Assembly (NCBI GenBank): GCA_023250195.1
Contig: JAHFBF010000001.1
Coordinates: 406,661 to 470,660 of the forward strand
DNA from: Candidatus Melainabacteria bacterium
GTDB taxonomy: Bacteria > Cyanobacteriota > Vampirovibrionia > 2-02-FULL-35-15
Direction: 5' to 3'
Length of the DNA: 64,000 bases
Made by a program: the position numbers and the translations under genes. Positions 39,644 to 48,070 of this stretch are shown here, piece after piece; the stretch's first letter is position 1, and each line of letters opens with the position of its first letter. The notes beneath the pieces are model-generated. The model was not told where the DNA came from. It worked only from the letters and a program-made list of their open reading frames with translations, and did no database searches.

Positions 39644-40255
39644 ATGAAATTAAAACAAATGATCCGGGTCTTTTTTATTCTGTTAATTATCTTTGGTCAT
39701 TTAAGCGATGCTTATGCATTTTCTAATTGTCAGGTGAAATATGACAGTGATAAGAGAGCTCTGCCGGCACTAAAAGGAATGTGTAATGTATGCCATTTAA
39801 GTGCAAACGGCAGTGGTCCACAGAATGAATTTGGAGTTGCCTTTAAAAATGCTGGTTTTAAAATCACTAATGATCTTGTAGCAAAATTTCCTGACTTCTT
39901 TCAGAAGCAGGTCTTAGATAATCTTCCCTCAGGTTCTACCTCAAGCAGTGGAGAAATTTTAAATAATCCTACTTCAGGTTCCACCTCAAGCAGTGGAGAA
40001 GCCCTGAAACCTGTTATAAGCAGAATAAAACCAGGCAAAGTAAAAACAAATGTTCAAACAATGATTTCAATAATGGGAAAGAATTTTGTCAACGGTGCAA
40101 AAACATTTGTAGACAATAATGAAGCTATAACTACATTTAAATCAAATGTTTTATTATTTGCAGATTTTATTTTAAATACAGTAGGCAAGCATGAAGTAAA
40201 AGTACAAAATCCTGATGAGCAGGAATCGAATACAGTTAAGGTAAAATCGAAGTAA
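39644..40255 (+). CDS. secreted protein with CxxCH motif (possible monoheme c-type cytochrome) and Ig-like C-terminal domain
   Basis: Signal peptide; KGMCNVCHLSANG contains CxxCH; two SGSTSSSGE repeats; C-terminal beta-rich segment. Confidence 0.45.
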   Translation: MKLKQMIRVFFILLIIFGHLSDAYAFSNCQVKYDSDKRALPALKGMCNVCHLSANGSGPQNEFGVAFKNAGFKITNDLVAKFPDFFQKQVLDNLPSGSTSSSGEILNNPTSGSTSSSGEALKPVISRIKPGKVKTNVQTMISIMGKNFVNGAKTFVDNNEAITTFKSNVLLFADFILNTVGKHEVKVQNPDEQESNTVKVKSK

Positions 40256-41185
40256 TTATTTCCTCAATAAATAAACAAAAACACCGCCAACATCATATGC
40301 CGGACCAAATCGTTTAACCAATTCAACTCTAAAACCAATGTTTTCTACTTCATTTCGAAATATAGAGTCTGATATTTTATAGTCGCCCCGGGATAAATCT
40401 ATTGAATTATCACCGATCGATTTAGTATTATACAATTCATCTATCTTATCCAGAAGCCGGCTTGCAAGTTTGTTTGCCATTTGAAAATCTTTTGTTTTAG
40501 CAGCATCTTCAATTAAATTTACATTCTCAATAATCAAGCCTATTTGTTCTTTGGATTTTACAGCTTCTTCATTATGGTTTTCATTTAAATCATCAAGTAA
40601 TGTTTTTACTTCTTCCTGGGCTAAATAATTAAACCCTGAATTCAATCCATTAGAAATGATATGCGAATACCAGATAACTGCTTTTATTCTTCTTTCAAGA
40701 TTATTAGAATATTCCGGTAAGTATTCATCACCAATAATATACACACCACCATTTTTCAGTTGGTTGTAAATGTTTTCAAGATACGACTTTAAAGGGATTC
40801 CCTTTTTAACATGGTGGTGAAAACCCTCACTATAAAATACATCTACAGGGAAAGGATGAACGTAGTTAGTAACATCATCACTAATTACTTTTATAGGCAG
40901 GCACTGTTCTTTTATTTTCCTGGAAGCATATTGAATAAAATCTTCGTCATAATCTACCCCTGTAAGATTTATATTTTTAACCTGTCCAATTAAAGTAAGA
41001 ATTCTTGCAGGACCGCATCCAAGTTCAATCACCTCTATAGATGTACTTAATTTCTCTGCTTCTATTGCAACCAGCTCTTTAATAAAATTATCAGCATTTG
41101 CAATATATAAATGTTCATGAGTATTTATGCGAATGTATTCTTCCGGTGAAATGATTGAAGAATAAGTAGGTAAATGCAGGCTCAT
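40256..41185 (-). CDS. class I SAM-dependent methyltransferase
   Basis: Motif I VIELGCGPARIL and acidic motif II LTGVDYDEDF. Confidence 0.7.
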   Translation of the reverse strand: MSLHLPTYSSIISPEEYIRINTHEHLYIANADNFIKELVAIEAEKLSTSIEVIELGCGPARILTLIGQVKNINLTGVDYDEDFIQYASRKIKEQCLPIKVISDDVTNYVHPFPVDVFYSEGFHHHVKKGIPLKSYLENIYNQLKNGGVYIIGDEYLPEYSNNLERRIKAVIWYSHIISNGLNSGFNYLAQEEVKTLLDDLNENHNEEAVKSKEQIGLIIENVNLIEDAAKTKDFQMANKLASRLLDKIDELYNTKSIGDNSIDLSRGDYKISDSIFRNEVENIGFRVELVKRFGPAYDVGGVFVYLLRK

Positions 41186-41283
41186 AATTACTTTAATTAT
41201 GAGGAATAAAGGCTTTAACCTTCAAGTGATTTCATCGATTAAAAATTAAATGTTTCTTAAGAATACTATGATTAACAGATCAA

Positions 41284-41330
41284 TGTAACCAGGAGTTACA
41301 TTTAGATTGAGTTTGTAACCCTGGGTTACA
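41284..41330. promoter_or_regulatory. pair of 17-bp palindromes TGTAACCAGGAGTTACA and TGTAACCCTGGGTTACA (operator-like)
   Basis: Two TGTAAC-N5-GTTACA sites 30 bp apart in the divergent promoter region between 40256..41185 and the ORF6N gene. Confidence 0.5.
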
Positions 41331-41359
41331 CAAAAATAAAGTTACTTATTCAATTTACT

Positions 41360-41917
41360 TTGATAAAAATAATTTTATGCTTTAATAAAGCACTAATTAT
41401 GAGAACTATCTTAATTCCAGAAGAAAAAATTGAAAATAAAATCTTCCTTATGAGAGGAAAAAGAGTAATGCTAGATAAAGATTTAGCTGAACTTTATGGA
41501 GTAAAGACCAAAGTTTTAAATCAAGCTATAAAAAGAAACATGGAAAGATTTCCTGAAGATTTTATGTTTCAATTGACAAAAGAAGAGGCTAATTCTTTAA
41601 GGTCACAATTTGTGACCTTAAAACGTGGAGAACATTTAAAATATCTGCCTTATGCCTTTACAGAACAAGGTGTAGCTATGCTATCCTCTGTTTTAAATTC
41701 CAAAAGAGCAATTCAAGTAAATATCCAGATTATGCGGATATTTACAAAGCTTAGAGAAGTCATAGCCAACAATAAGGAAATTATGCAAAAGCTTAATCAA
41801 CTTGAAAGTAAAATTGAAAAACACGATTCAGAAATTCAGTCTATCTTTGAAGCAATCCGGCAATTAATTTCTATTCCGGAAAAACAAAAAAGAAAGGTTG
41901 GTTTTTATACAAATTAA
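41360..41917 (+). CDS. ORF6N (KilA-N-related) domain DNA-binding protein
   Basis: MRGKRVMLDKDLAELYGVKTKVLNQAIKRNMERFPEDFMFQLTKEE...YLPYAFTEQGVAMLSSVLNSKRAIQVNIQIMRIF is a near-consensus ORF6N domain; coiled-coil C-terminus. Confidence 0.85.
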   Translation: MIKIILCFNKALIMRTILIPEEKIENKIFLMRGKRVMLDKDLAELYGVKTKVLNQAIKRNMERFPEDFMFQLTKEEANSLRSQFVTLKRGEHLKYLPYAFTEQGVAMLSSVLNSKRAIQVNIQIMRIFTKLREVIANNKEIMQKLNQLESKIEKHDSEIQSIFEAIRQLISIPEKQKRKVGFYTN

Positions 41918-42081
41918 GAATGCTGCGGATTAATTGGTATTGGTTCTGATTTTTTCTCTTGATTTTGATTTTCTTGTTGATTTTGTAGATTGTTATTTTG
42001 TTTATTTCCAAATTTACTTTGAATAAAAGAACATCCCTGACAACAGACACAAATTAAAATTATTAGTAAAAACTTAGACAT
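41913..42081 (-). CDS. unannotated small secreted/lipoprotein-like ORF (55 aa)
   Basis: ATG at 42081..42079; MSKFLLIILICVCCQGCSFIQSKFGNKQNNNLQNQQENQNQEKKSEPIPINPQHS; hydrophobic N-terminus with Cys cluster; below the ORF-track length cutoff. Confidence 0.3.
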
Positions 42082-42093
42082 AGTAGTCAGATT

Positions 42094-42402
42094 TTAACCC
42101 GATATATTCTCTTTATACAAGAGGTCATTTAAGACTTCTCCACCAAGCAGATGTTTTTGAATTAAATCTTCAACTCTATCTTCTGTAAAGCCACAATATA
42201 CTGTCCCTTCAGGCCATACCACTATATTTGGCCCTTTTCCGCATAAACCCAGACAAAGCACCCTTGAAGGCCTATAAGTTTTCTTTAAATCAAGCTCTTT
42301 TATCCTTGCTTTAAGTTTTTCAAAGACTTTATCACTACCCTGACATTTACAGGTTTCATTTAAGCAAACCAATACATGCTTTTTATATGGAATGTTATGC
42401 AT
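42094..42402 (-). CDS. thioredoxin-like [2Fe-2S] ferredoxin
   Basis: Four Cys in the family pattern: HVLVCLNETCKCQGS ... VLCLGLCGKGPNIVVWPEGTVY. Confidence 0.7.
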   Translation of the reverse strand: MHNIPYKKHVLVCLNETCKCQGSDKVFEKLKARIKELDLKKTYRPSRVLCLGLCGKGPNIVVWPEGTVYCGFTEDRVEDLIQKHLLGGEVLNDLLYKENISG

Positions 42403-42883
42403 TTCCCTTTAATCTCTTTTCTATAATCTTATTATATTTTTCAATGTTATCCTCACCAATTAAACTTTCAATAACCTGTTTTGTCTTTGAATCAATAAAA
42501 ATAACTATGCCACTATATCTTTGTGATTTATAAACTGCTTCCAAGTCAAGTACTTTTGCTATTCTTTTTGACTTAATTACTGTAAAAGGATTTGAAAGAT
42601 CATACTTTAAAAAAACTAAATCTGGATTTTGTGAATAATCCTGCTGAAGCTTCTCAAATACAGGTTCAATGAATTTGCAGGTCTCACATCTGTTGTGATA
42701 AACATCCAGAATTATTAACTTTGAATTATTTACCTTGTTTACTATATCCTGCACATTTGCTTTTTCGGCTGCTGATTGAATACCTAAATTACTGCAACCG
42801 CAGAATAAAATAATCGTAAGTGATAATAAATAAGTAGTAAGTAAAAGCTTTTTTAAAAAAATCATCAGATTCAATCTTTTCAT
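42395..42883 (-). CDS. thioredoxin-like protein (CxxC), probable lipoprotein/periplasmic
   Basis: Signal peptide ending LFCGCS; CxxC motif HNRCETCKFIEPVFEKL; overlaps the ferredoxin gene start by 8 nt (operon). Confidence 0.6.
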   Translation of the reverse strand: MKRLNLMIFLKKLLLTTYLLSLTIILFCGCSNLGIQSAAEKANVQDIVNKVNNSKLIILDVYHNRCETCKFIEPVFEKLQQDYSQNPDLVFLKYDLSNPFTVIKSKRIAKVLDLEAVYKSQRYSGIVIFIDSKTKQVIESLIGEDNIEKYNKIIEKRLKGNA

Positions 42884-43014
42884 AGTAAGATTATATTATG
42901 TCAGCTGCATTTACGTTCTCACAGTTTATAGGCTTTGTCCGATTTATTCGGCAAAGCCGGTCAAATGTAATTACAAAGCCACGGGAAGTGCAAACTTGTT
43001 TTGCACTATAAAAA

Positions 43015-43722
43015 ATGAATAACCTTCTTAGCAACTTTGAACAAGCAGTTTCAAATTTTTTAAAAGGAACACACGGATTGCCTTTACCTTTCCTTATATT
43101 GCTTTCTTTTGGCGGAGGGCTTGCTGCAAGTTTAACCCCCTGTGTAGTTGCAATGTTACCAATGAACTTAAGTTATATTGGTACTGCTAATATCACATCC
43201 AAATTTGACGCATTGAAAAAATCTCTTTTTTTTGTTTTAGGCGCTGCCTTTATTTTTAGTCTGCTTGGATTGTTTGCTTCTTTTGCCAGTTTTATTATGA
43301 TTGAGTACAGAGGCTATGTACATGTAATTATTGGAATATTTGTTTTATTTATGGCATTATCAGAACTTGAAATAGTAAAACTCCCATTACCACAGTTCAT
43401 TACACAAATTCCAAATGGTGGACCATTTCTTGTAGGTATGGCATTTGCACTTGCAAGTTCTCCATGCGCAAGCCCAATTTTATTTGCAATTTTAGCTATG
43501 TCCAGTACTGCCGGATCATTAATCGGTGGGACACTAATAATGATTGCTTATTCTATAGGCTATACAGGGGTAATTTTTATAGCAGGCTTATTTGCAGGCA
43601 TTGCAAAACAGTTGGATTATTTTAAAAAGCATTCAAAAATTATTTCAATAGTAAGCGCAACAATCCTTGGAATTATTGGTGGATTTTATTTATATTCAGG
43701 GATTAGATGGTTTACAGGATGA
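43015..43722 (+). CDS. CcdA/DsbD-family transmembrane thiol:disulfide electron transporter
   Basis: 6-TM protein with the two conserved Cys: LSFGGGLAASLTPCVVAMLP and LASSPCASPILFAIL. Confidence 0.75.
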   Translation: MNNLLSNFEQAVSNFLKGTHGLPLPFLILLSFGGGLAASLTPCVVAMLPMNLSYIGTANITSKFDALKKSLFFVLGAAFIFSLLGLFASFASFIMIEYRGYVHVIIGIFVLFMALSELEIVKLPLPQFITQIPNGGPFLVGMAFALASSPCASPILFAILAMSSTAGSLIGGTLIMIAYSIGYTGVIFIAGLFAGIAKQLDYFKKHSKIISIVSATILGIIGGFYLYSGIRWFTG

Positions 43723-43725
43723 CAA

Positions 43726-44472
43726 TCAAATTAATATTCTGCTCTTCTTTAATACACTAACTAATTTCATAGCTTCTTTCTCAAAATTCTTATAATTACT
43801 CTTATCCACCTGGTAAGCATTTGCCAGGAAATATATAACCATATCAATTGATAACCCGGATTTTAAAAGTTCTATAAATGCAAAACTACTTGTTGAAAGC
43901 TCAAAAAATCTTACATTGAAATTCTTTGGATCCCGATAAATTAGAACATTTGTTATTTGTTTATATATCTTCCCTAAAGGTTGATTATTTTCAATCATTT
44001 CAACAATTTCAGGAATTGCATATTGAAAAGCACAAATCTCATGTACTGGATTCAAGCAAAGAGTCTTATTAGCTTTCTTAATTCCTTCTTTCTCATATAT
44101 TTTCACTTCAAGCCATTCATAACATGCAAGTTCACTTATAAAAGGATAGTTTTTTAAGATGTCTTTTCTCGTAAATAAATATTCGGGTAAATGCTCAACT
44201 ACTTTATTAAAAATTGGAGAGCCTGGCGGATATTTTTCCAAATAATCAGATAATAAATCGTCCCAAATTTTACTCAATAACTTATAAGTCACCGGATAAA
44301 TATTTACAGATAAATCGTGAAAAGAACCTCTGACTAATTCACGGTAAATTTTTATTCTTTCAAGGATTGACCTGGATAAACCTTTAACTTTATTTTTTTT
44401 ACTCCAGACAGAATCAAATAGAATCAAATCTTTAATTACTTTTTGAGTTTTTTTTAGACTATTTAAAGTCAC
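43726..44472 (-). CDS. DUF2063-family partner protein of the MNIO enzyme (HvfC/BufC-like)
   Basis: Start overlaps the MNIO stop (translational coupling); N-terminal half follows the DUF2063 pattern (IYRELVRGSFHDLSVNIYPVTYKLL...YPPGSPIF...LPEYLF...PFISELACYEWLE). Confidence 0.65.
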   Translation of the reverse strand: MTLNSLKKTQKVIKDLILFDSVWSKKNKVKGLSRSILERIKIYRELVRGSFHDLSVNIYPVTYKLLSKIWDDLLSDYLEKYPPGSPIFNKVVEHLPEYLFTRKDILKNYPFISELACYEWLEVKIYEKEGIKKANKTLCLNPVHEICAFQYAIPEIVEMIENNQPLGKIYKQITNVLIYRDPKNFNVRFFELSTSSFAFIELLKSGLSIDMVIYFLANAYQVDKSNYKNFEKEAMKLVSVLKKSRILI

Positions 44473-45347
44473 TAAGCCGCCTTCTTAAAAGATTTCATAA
44501 TAGTCTTGATTTTTTTTATTTCATTGAGCAGTTCTGAGAACTTTGGGAAATTAAAATCCCTTTCCAGCAATACTGCTTTTGGTGTGCATCTTTTTAAAAG
44601 TTCACCAAATAAATTGTAAACATCTCTGATAATTGGTTCACCATGCGTATCAATAATAATTTTCCCTCTGTTTAAATGCCCTGCTATATGTACCTGTACA
44701 GTACGTTCAATAGGAATACTATCCAAAAACCTTATCGGGTCATATTTATGATTTTTACTGTTTACATAAACATTATTTATATCTAGAAGTAACCCACAAT
44801 CTGCTTTTTCAAGGATTTGTGAAATGAAATCTGCTTCACTCATTTCATTATCTATAACCATATAATAAGAAGGATTTTCAATCAAAAAAGGAACCTGGAA
44901 AATATCCTGAGCTTTTTTTATTCTATTTACTAAATGTTTGACTGTAACTTTGTTATAAGGTAAAGGAATCAAGTCATGAATGTATGTTTTCTCAACATAG
45001 TTAAAACATAAATGATCACTAAACCATGAGGGGTCTATAATTTTAAAAAGCTTTTTTACGTTATTAATTAAAGCCGGATCAAACGGTTCTGTACCACCAA
45101 TTGAAAGATTTAATCCATGAGGAATAATTGGAAAATATTTTTTAGCATTTACAAGCCTTTCAAATATTTCTCCACCACGACAGATATAATTCTCAGGAGC
45201 AATTTCAAGCCAGTCAATTTGATTTTTATGTCTCAGAATAGGGCTATATAACTCTCTTCTTAGTCCAAGTCCAACCCCAAAATTTGGTAATTTATTTTTT
45301 TCTTTTTGAAATGTTTTTCCCATCACCGCCACATTGACCTTCACCAC
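44472..45347 (-). CDS. MNIO (multinuclear non-heme iron-dependent oxidative enzyme, DUF692), RiPP-modifying
   Basis: Ordered DUF692 hallmark motifs: FGVGLGLRRE, WLEIAPENY, HGLNLSIGG, FSDHLCF, FLIENPSYY, LLLDINNVYVNS, VQVHIAGH, IIDTHGEPI, AVLLERDFNFP. Start uncertain (GTG 45347 or ATG 45323). Confidence 0.85.
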   Translation of the reverse strand: MVKVNVAVMGKTFQKEKNKLPNFGVGLGLRRELYSPILRHKNQIDWLEIAPENYICRGGEIFERLVNAKKYFPIIPHGLNLSIGGTEPFDPALINNVKKLFKIIDPSWFSDHLCFNYVEKTYIHDLIPLPYNKVTVKHLVNRIKKAQDIFQVPFLIENPSYYMVIDNEMSEADFISQILEKADCGLLLDINNVYVNSKNHKYDPIRFLDSIPIERTVQVHIAGHLNRGKIIIDTHGEPIIRDVYNLFGELLKRCTPKAVLLERDFNFPKFSELLNEIKKIKTIMKSFKKAA

Positions 45348-45444
45348 ACTTAGCTTCTATGTAATGCTTCAATCGATCCTCACAAGATCGGATTTGCCGG
45401 ATAAACCAGACAAATCCTTTAAATACTAGAGCATTGTTTGTCAT
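45292..45444 (-). CDS. candidate RiPP precursor peptide (leader plus EAKCGEGQCGGDGK core)
   Basis: 50-codon ORF from ATG 45444 (alternative TTG 45474), 20 nt downstream of the CoA-transferase stop and overlapping the MNIO start; C-terminal core EAKCGEGQCG matches the repeat of 9841..10242; no Sec signal peptide. Confidence 0.5.
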   Translation of the reverse strand: MTNNALVFKGFVWFIRQIRSCEDRLKHYIEAKCGEGQCGGDGKNISKRKK

Positions 45445-45463
45445 ATCAGATAAAATATTAACA

Positions 45464-47260
45464 CTATTTTGCAATTACCTGCCCAGTTGGATCAATCTCT
45501 TTTCTTAATATTTTCAGTTCTTTTTGTGTAGGCTCTTTTGTTATTGGAGCAGCTTTGAGACCTGCTTTTACATTAATCTTGAAGGATGATCTGTTTTGCA
45601 CTTCTTCTAATGTAATCCCCGGATGCAAACTCTCAATTTGCATTTCTTTTGTTTCTTTATCAAATCCAATTACACAACAATCAGTTATTACTTTTAAAGG
45701 GCCTGCATTTGGTGGTAGTCCTGCTTTTTCTCTGCTCCCTGCTCCAGTTAAATATCCCGGCGTGGTTAGAAAATCAAGCTTCTCTACAAATTTATGCTTG
45801 TCCATCTTGATTATAATAATAGTATTCCAGCAAAGGGAAGCCAGATCATTTGCCCCGCCGCTGCCGGGAAGCCTGACTTTTGGTTTTTCATAATTAGTGC
45901 CAATCATAGTGGAATTTAGATTCCCATATTTATCTATCTGAGCACCACCTAAAAATGCATAATCAACCATTCCACGGGCACAGGTCTCCATAATCTCAGG
46001 CATGCTTGTTGCTACAAGGCTTTTATAGTGGGTCCTTGAATCACCTACAGACATTGGAAGTGATGGAAGTAAAGGTGCTATACCACCTGCTTCAAACATC
46101 ATTAAAAGATTTGGTGCCTGAGTTTTCTGTGCAAGCATAGCAGCTAACATTGGAAGCCCTGTTCCAACAACGACAGTCTTTCCATCTTCTAAAAATCTGC
46201 TTGCGGTACAGATCATGAACTCAGTCATGTTATATGACTGCGTATTGCGTATCGAGTATTGTGTATTGAGTTTAGGCTCTGGTTTGAGTTCCATCGTCTT
46301 TAATTCTTCCAATTTATTTTTTCCACCACAAATTTCCAGATAGCCATTCCAATCTTTAATATCATAAATGTATTTATTTAAAAATTTTTCGAAGGTCTGA
46401 AGCTCTTTTTCTGCTTCACTCCACTCTCTCAAATGCTCCAAATCAAAGTAATATTTCCCCGGCATGTTACATGGATAAGAACCATAAGGCACATGAACAA
46501 CAGCATCTACACAATAATAAGGAATAATAGTTCTTTCAGGCTCTGATCTTATTTGATCCGTAGAAATTATTTCTTCTGTAGTAATGATTATCTTTTTTGA
46601 CGCTCTAGCTAAATCACTATCAGAAACAGTAATTCCATCTATCTGGCAATTTCCAAACTCATCTGCTCGCGGAACATGAATTATTGCTACATCAGGGGAA
46701 CAGGCTGGAACAAGAGCATATATTTCTCCAGTAAATGGACATTTGTATTCAATTGCCCTGCTGTGTTTTATGGTTTCAGTTCCAAGCATAGATCGAACCG
46801 GCAAAAATGATAATCCCATCGCAGCTGCTTTAAATCGCCATGCAAGTGTTGCGTTTGTCCATTCAGTAACTTTTACTTTTCCTTCCTGAAAAACTCTTCT
46901 GTAATTTGGTGAAAGTCCTAAAAGCTCAATACCCACCACATACGCTGCATCTACTTTATCTATACAACCTCCTGCACAAAGAATCTGCCCATCATGCGTA
47001 GCAGTATGTCCTGCAAGTGCCAGGTGTTTTTTCTTTTGCCTGACAATTTCATGCAATGCAGCAGCCGGGATTCTATCCATTCCAAATCCGCCAATTCCAA
47101 GATAATCTCCATCCTGAACAAGTCTTTGAATCGCAGACTTTAGATCAGTGATTTTACTGATCATTTTTCTTGATTTTTTAAGGTTAATTTCTCGAAGCTG
47201 ATCGGGCGAGGTAAAACCATATAGTTCACGATCTTGTTTTGTATAAGTGGATATATTCAT
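45464..47260 (-). CDS. family I CoA-transferase, fused A and B subunits (glutaconate/3-oxoacid CoA-transferase-like)
   Basis: N-half LVQDGDYLGIGGFGMDRIP...TEWTNATLAWRFKAAAMGLSFLP (A subunit) and C-half with GSGGANDLAS and MMFEAGG (B subunit); linker contains a short tandem repeat. Confidence 0.75.
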   Translation of the reverse strand: MNISTYTKQDRELYGFTSPDQLREINLKKSRKMISKITDLKSAIQRLVQDGDYLGIGGFGMDRIPAAALHEIVRQKKKHLALAGHTATHDGQILCAGGCIDKVDAAYVVGIELLGLSPNYRRVFQEGKVKVTEWTNATLAWRFKAAAMGLSFLPVRSMLGTETIKHSRAIEYKCPFTGEIYALVPACSPDVAIIHVPRADEFGNCQIDGITVSDSDLARASKKIIITTEEIISTDQIRSEPERTIIPYYCVDAVVHVPYGSYPCNMPGKYYFDLEHLREWSEAEKELQTFEKFLNKYIYDIKDWNGYLEICGGKNKLEELKTMELKPEPKLNTQYSIRNTQSYNMTEFMICTASRFLEDGKTVVVGTGLPMLAAMLAQKTQAPNLLMMFEAGGIAPLLPSLPMSVGDSRTHYKSLVATSMPEIMETCARGMVDYAFLGGAQIDKYGNLNSTMIGTNYEKPKVRLPGSGGANDLASLCWNTIIIIKMDKHKFVEKLDFLTTPGYLTGAGSREKAGLPPNAGPLKVITDCCVIGFDKETKEMQIESLHPGITLEEVQNRSSFKINVKAGLKAAPITKEPTQKELKILRKEIDPTGQVIAK

Positions 47261-47267
47261 TTGGAAT

Positions 47268-47364
47268 ACGTCATTGCGAGGGCTTTAGCCCGAAGCAATC
47301 TCCCTAACTAATTCACGTTTTTGAGATTGTTTCGTCAGCCCTTTGGGCTTCCTCGCAATGACGT
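47268..47364. repeat. compound palindromic element (14-bp terminal inverted repeats ACGTCATTGCGAGG / CCTCGCAATGACGT with two internal hairpins)
   Basis: Lies 8 nt upstream of the CoA-transferase start and just downstream of the flavin-reductase stop; related to elements at 48071..48154 and 63073..63148. Confidence 0.75.
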
Positions 47365-47392
47365 GAATAGTTCTTTTTTTGTAATTCAGTAC

Positions 47393-48052
47393 TCATTTGT
47401 TATTTGGGTTCTCTCCAACAGGTATTTTTATCGTAGGCCTTGGTAAGCTAAATATATCAGTCACTCTTGCATAATCTGTACCGCCTAGCCTTGCTATCGG
47501 TTTTAATTCACTTAAAATAATTTTACCATCCTTATAAACATTCTCCTGGACATGAAAATATACAACTTCACCAATAACTACCGTTCCACCACCTGGTTTG
47601 TTTCCAATTTCTACCAGGTGTAACAACTTACACTCCATGTTTATTTTTGCTTCTTTTACAAGTGGTGGTTTAACCATATTTGCTCGTACAGGTGTTAAAC
47701 CACTTTCCTTAAACTCATCAACACCATAAGAATATTCAGCAGAACATTGATTCATCTTTTCAGCAATTTCTTCAGAAACAATATTTACAACAAACTCTTT
47801 AGTAACTTTTATGTTTTTTAAAGTGTCTTTTTCCTGTCCATCAGATCCACGAACAACCGGACAAAATAAAACAGTCATTGGCTCAGAACAAACACCATTA
47901 AAAAAACTAAAGGGGGCAAGGTTATAAATACCATTTGGGCTTACAGTAGAAACAAATCCAATTGGCCTTGGAACAATTGAACCAATAAGTAATTTATACC
48001 GATCCTGAAAAGGAATTTCTTTTGTATTTATAGAGATTTTATTTTCAGTCAT
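47393..48052 (-). CDS. flavin reductase-like (FMN-binding split-barrel) protein
   Basis: YKLLIGSIVPRPIGFVSTVSPNGIYNLAPFSFFNGVCSEPMTVLFC matches the flavin-reductase-like domain. Confidence 0.8.
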   Translation of the reverse strand: MTENKISINTKEIPFQDRYKLLIGSIVPRPIGFVSTVSPNGIYNLAPFSFFNGVCSEPMTVLFCPVVRGSDGQEKDTLKNIKVTKEFVVNIVSEEIAEKMNQCSAEYSYGVDEFKESGLTPVRANMVKPPLVKEAKINMECKLLHLVEIGNKPGGGTVVIGEVVYFHVQENVYKDGKIILSELKPIARLGGTDYARVTDIFSLPRPTIKIPVGENPNNK

Positions 48053-48070
48053 GAAAATATTTTAGCGTAT

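Noticed and set aside
45555-45893. Plus-strand ORF 45555..45893 inside the CoA-transferase gene, and other embedded ORFs (e.g. 57620..58150, 59238..59648, 51652..52116)
   Set aside because: Each is nested antisense or out-of-frame within a strongly supported enzyme gene and has a low-complexity product.
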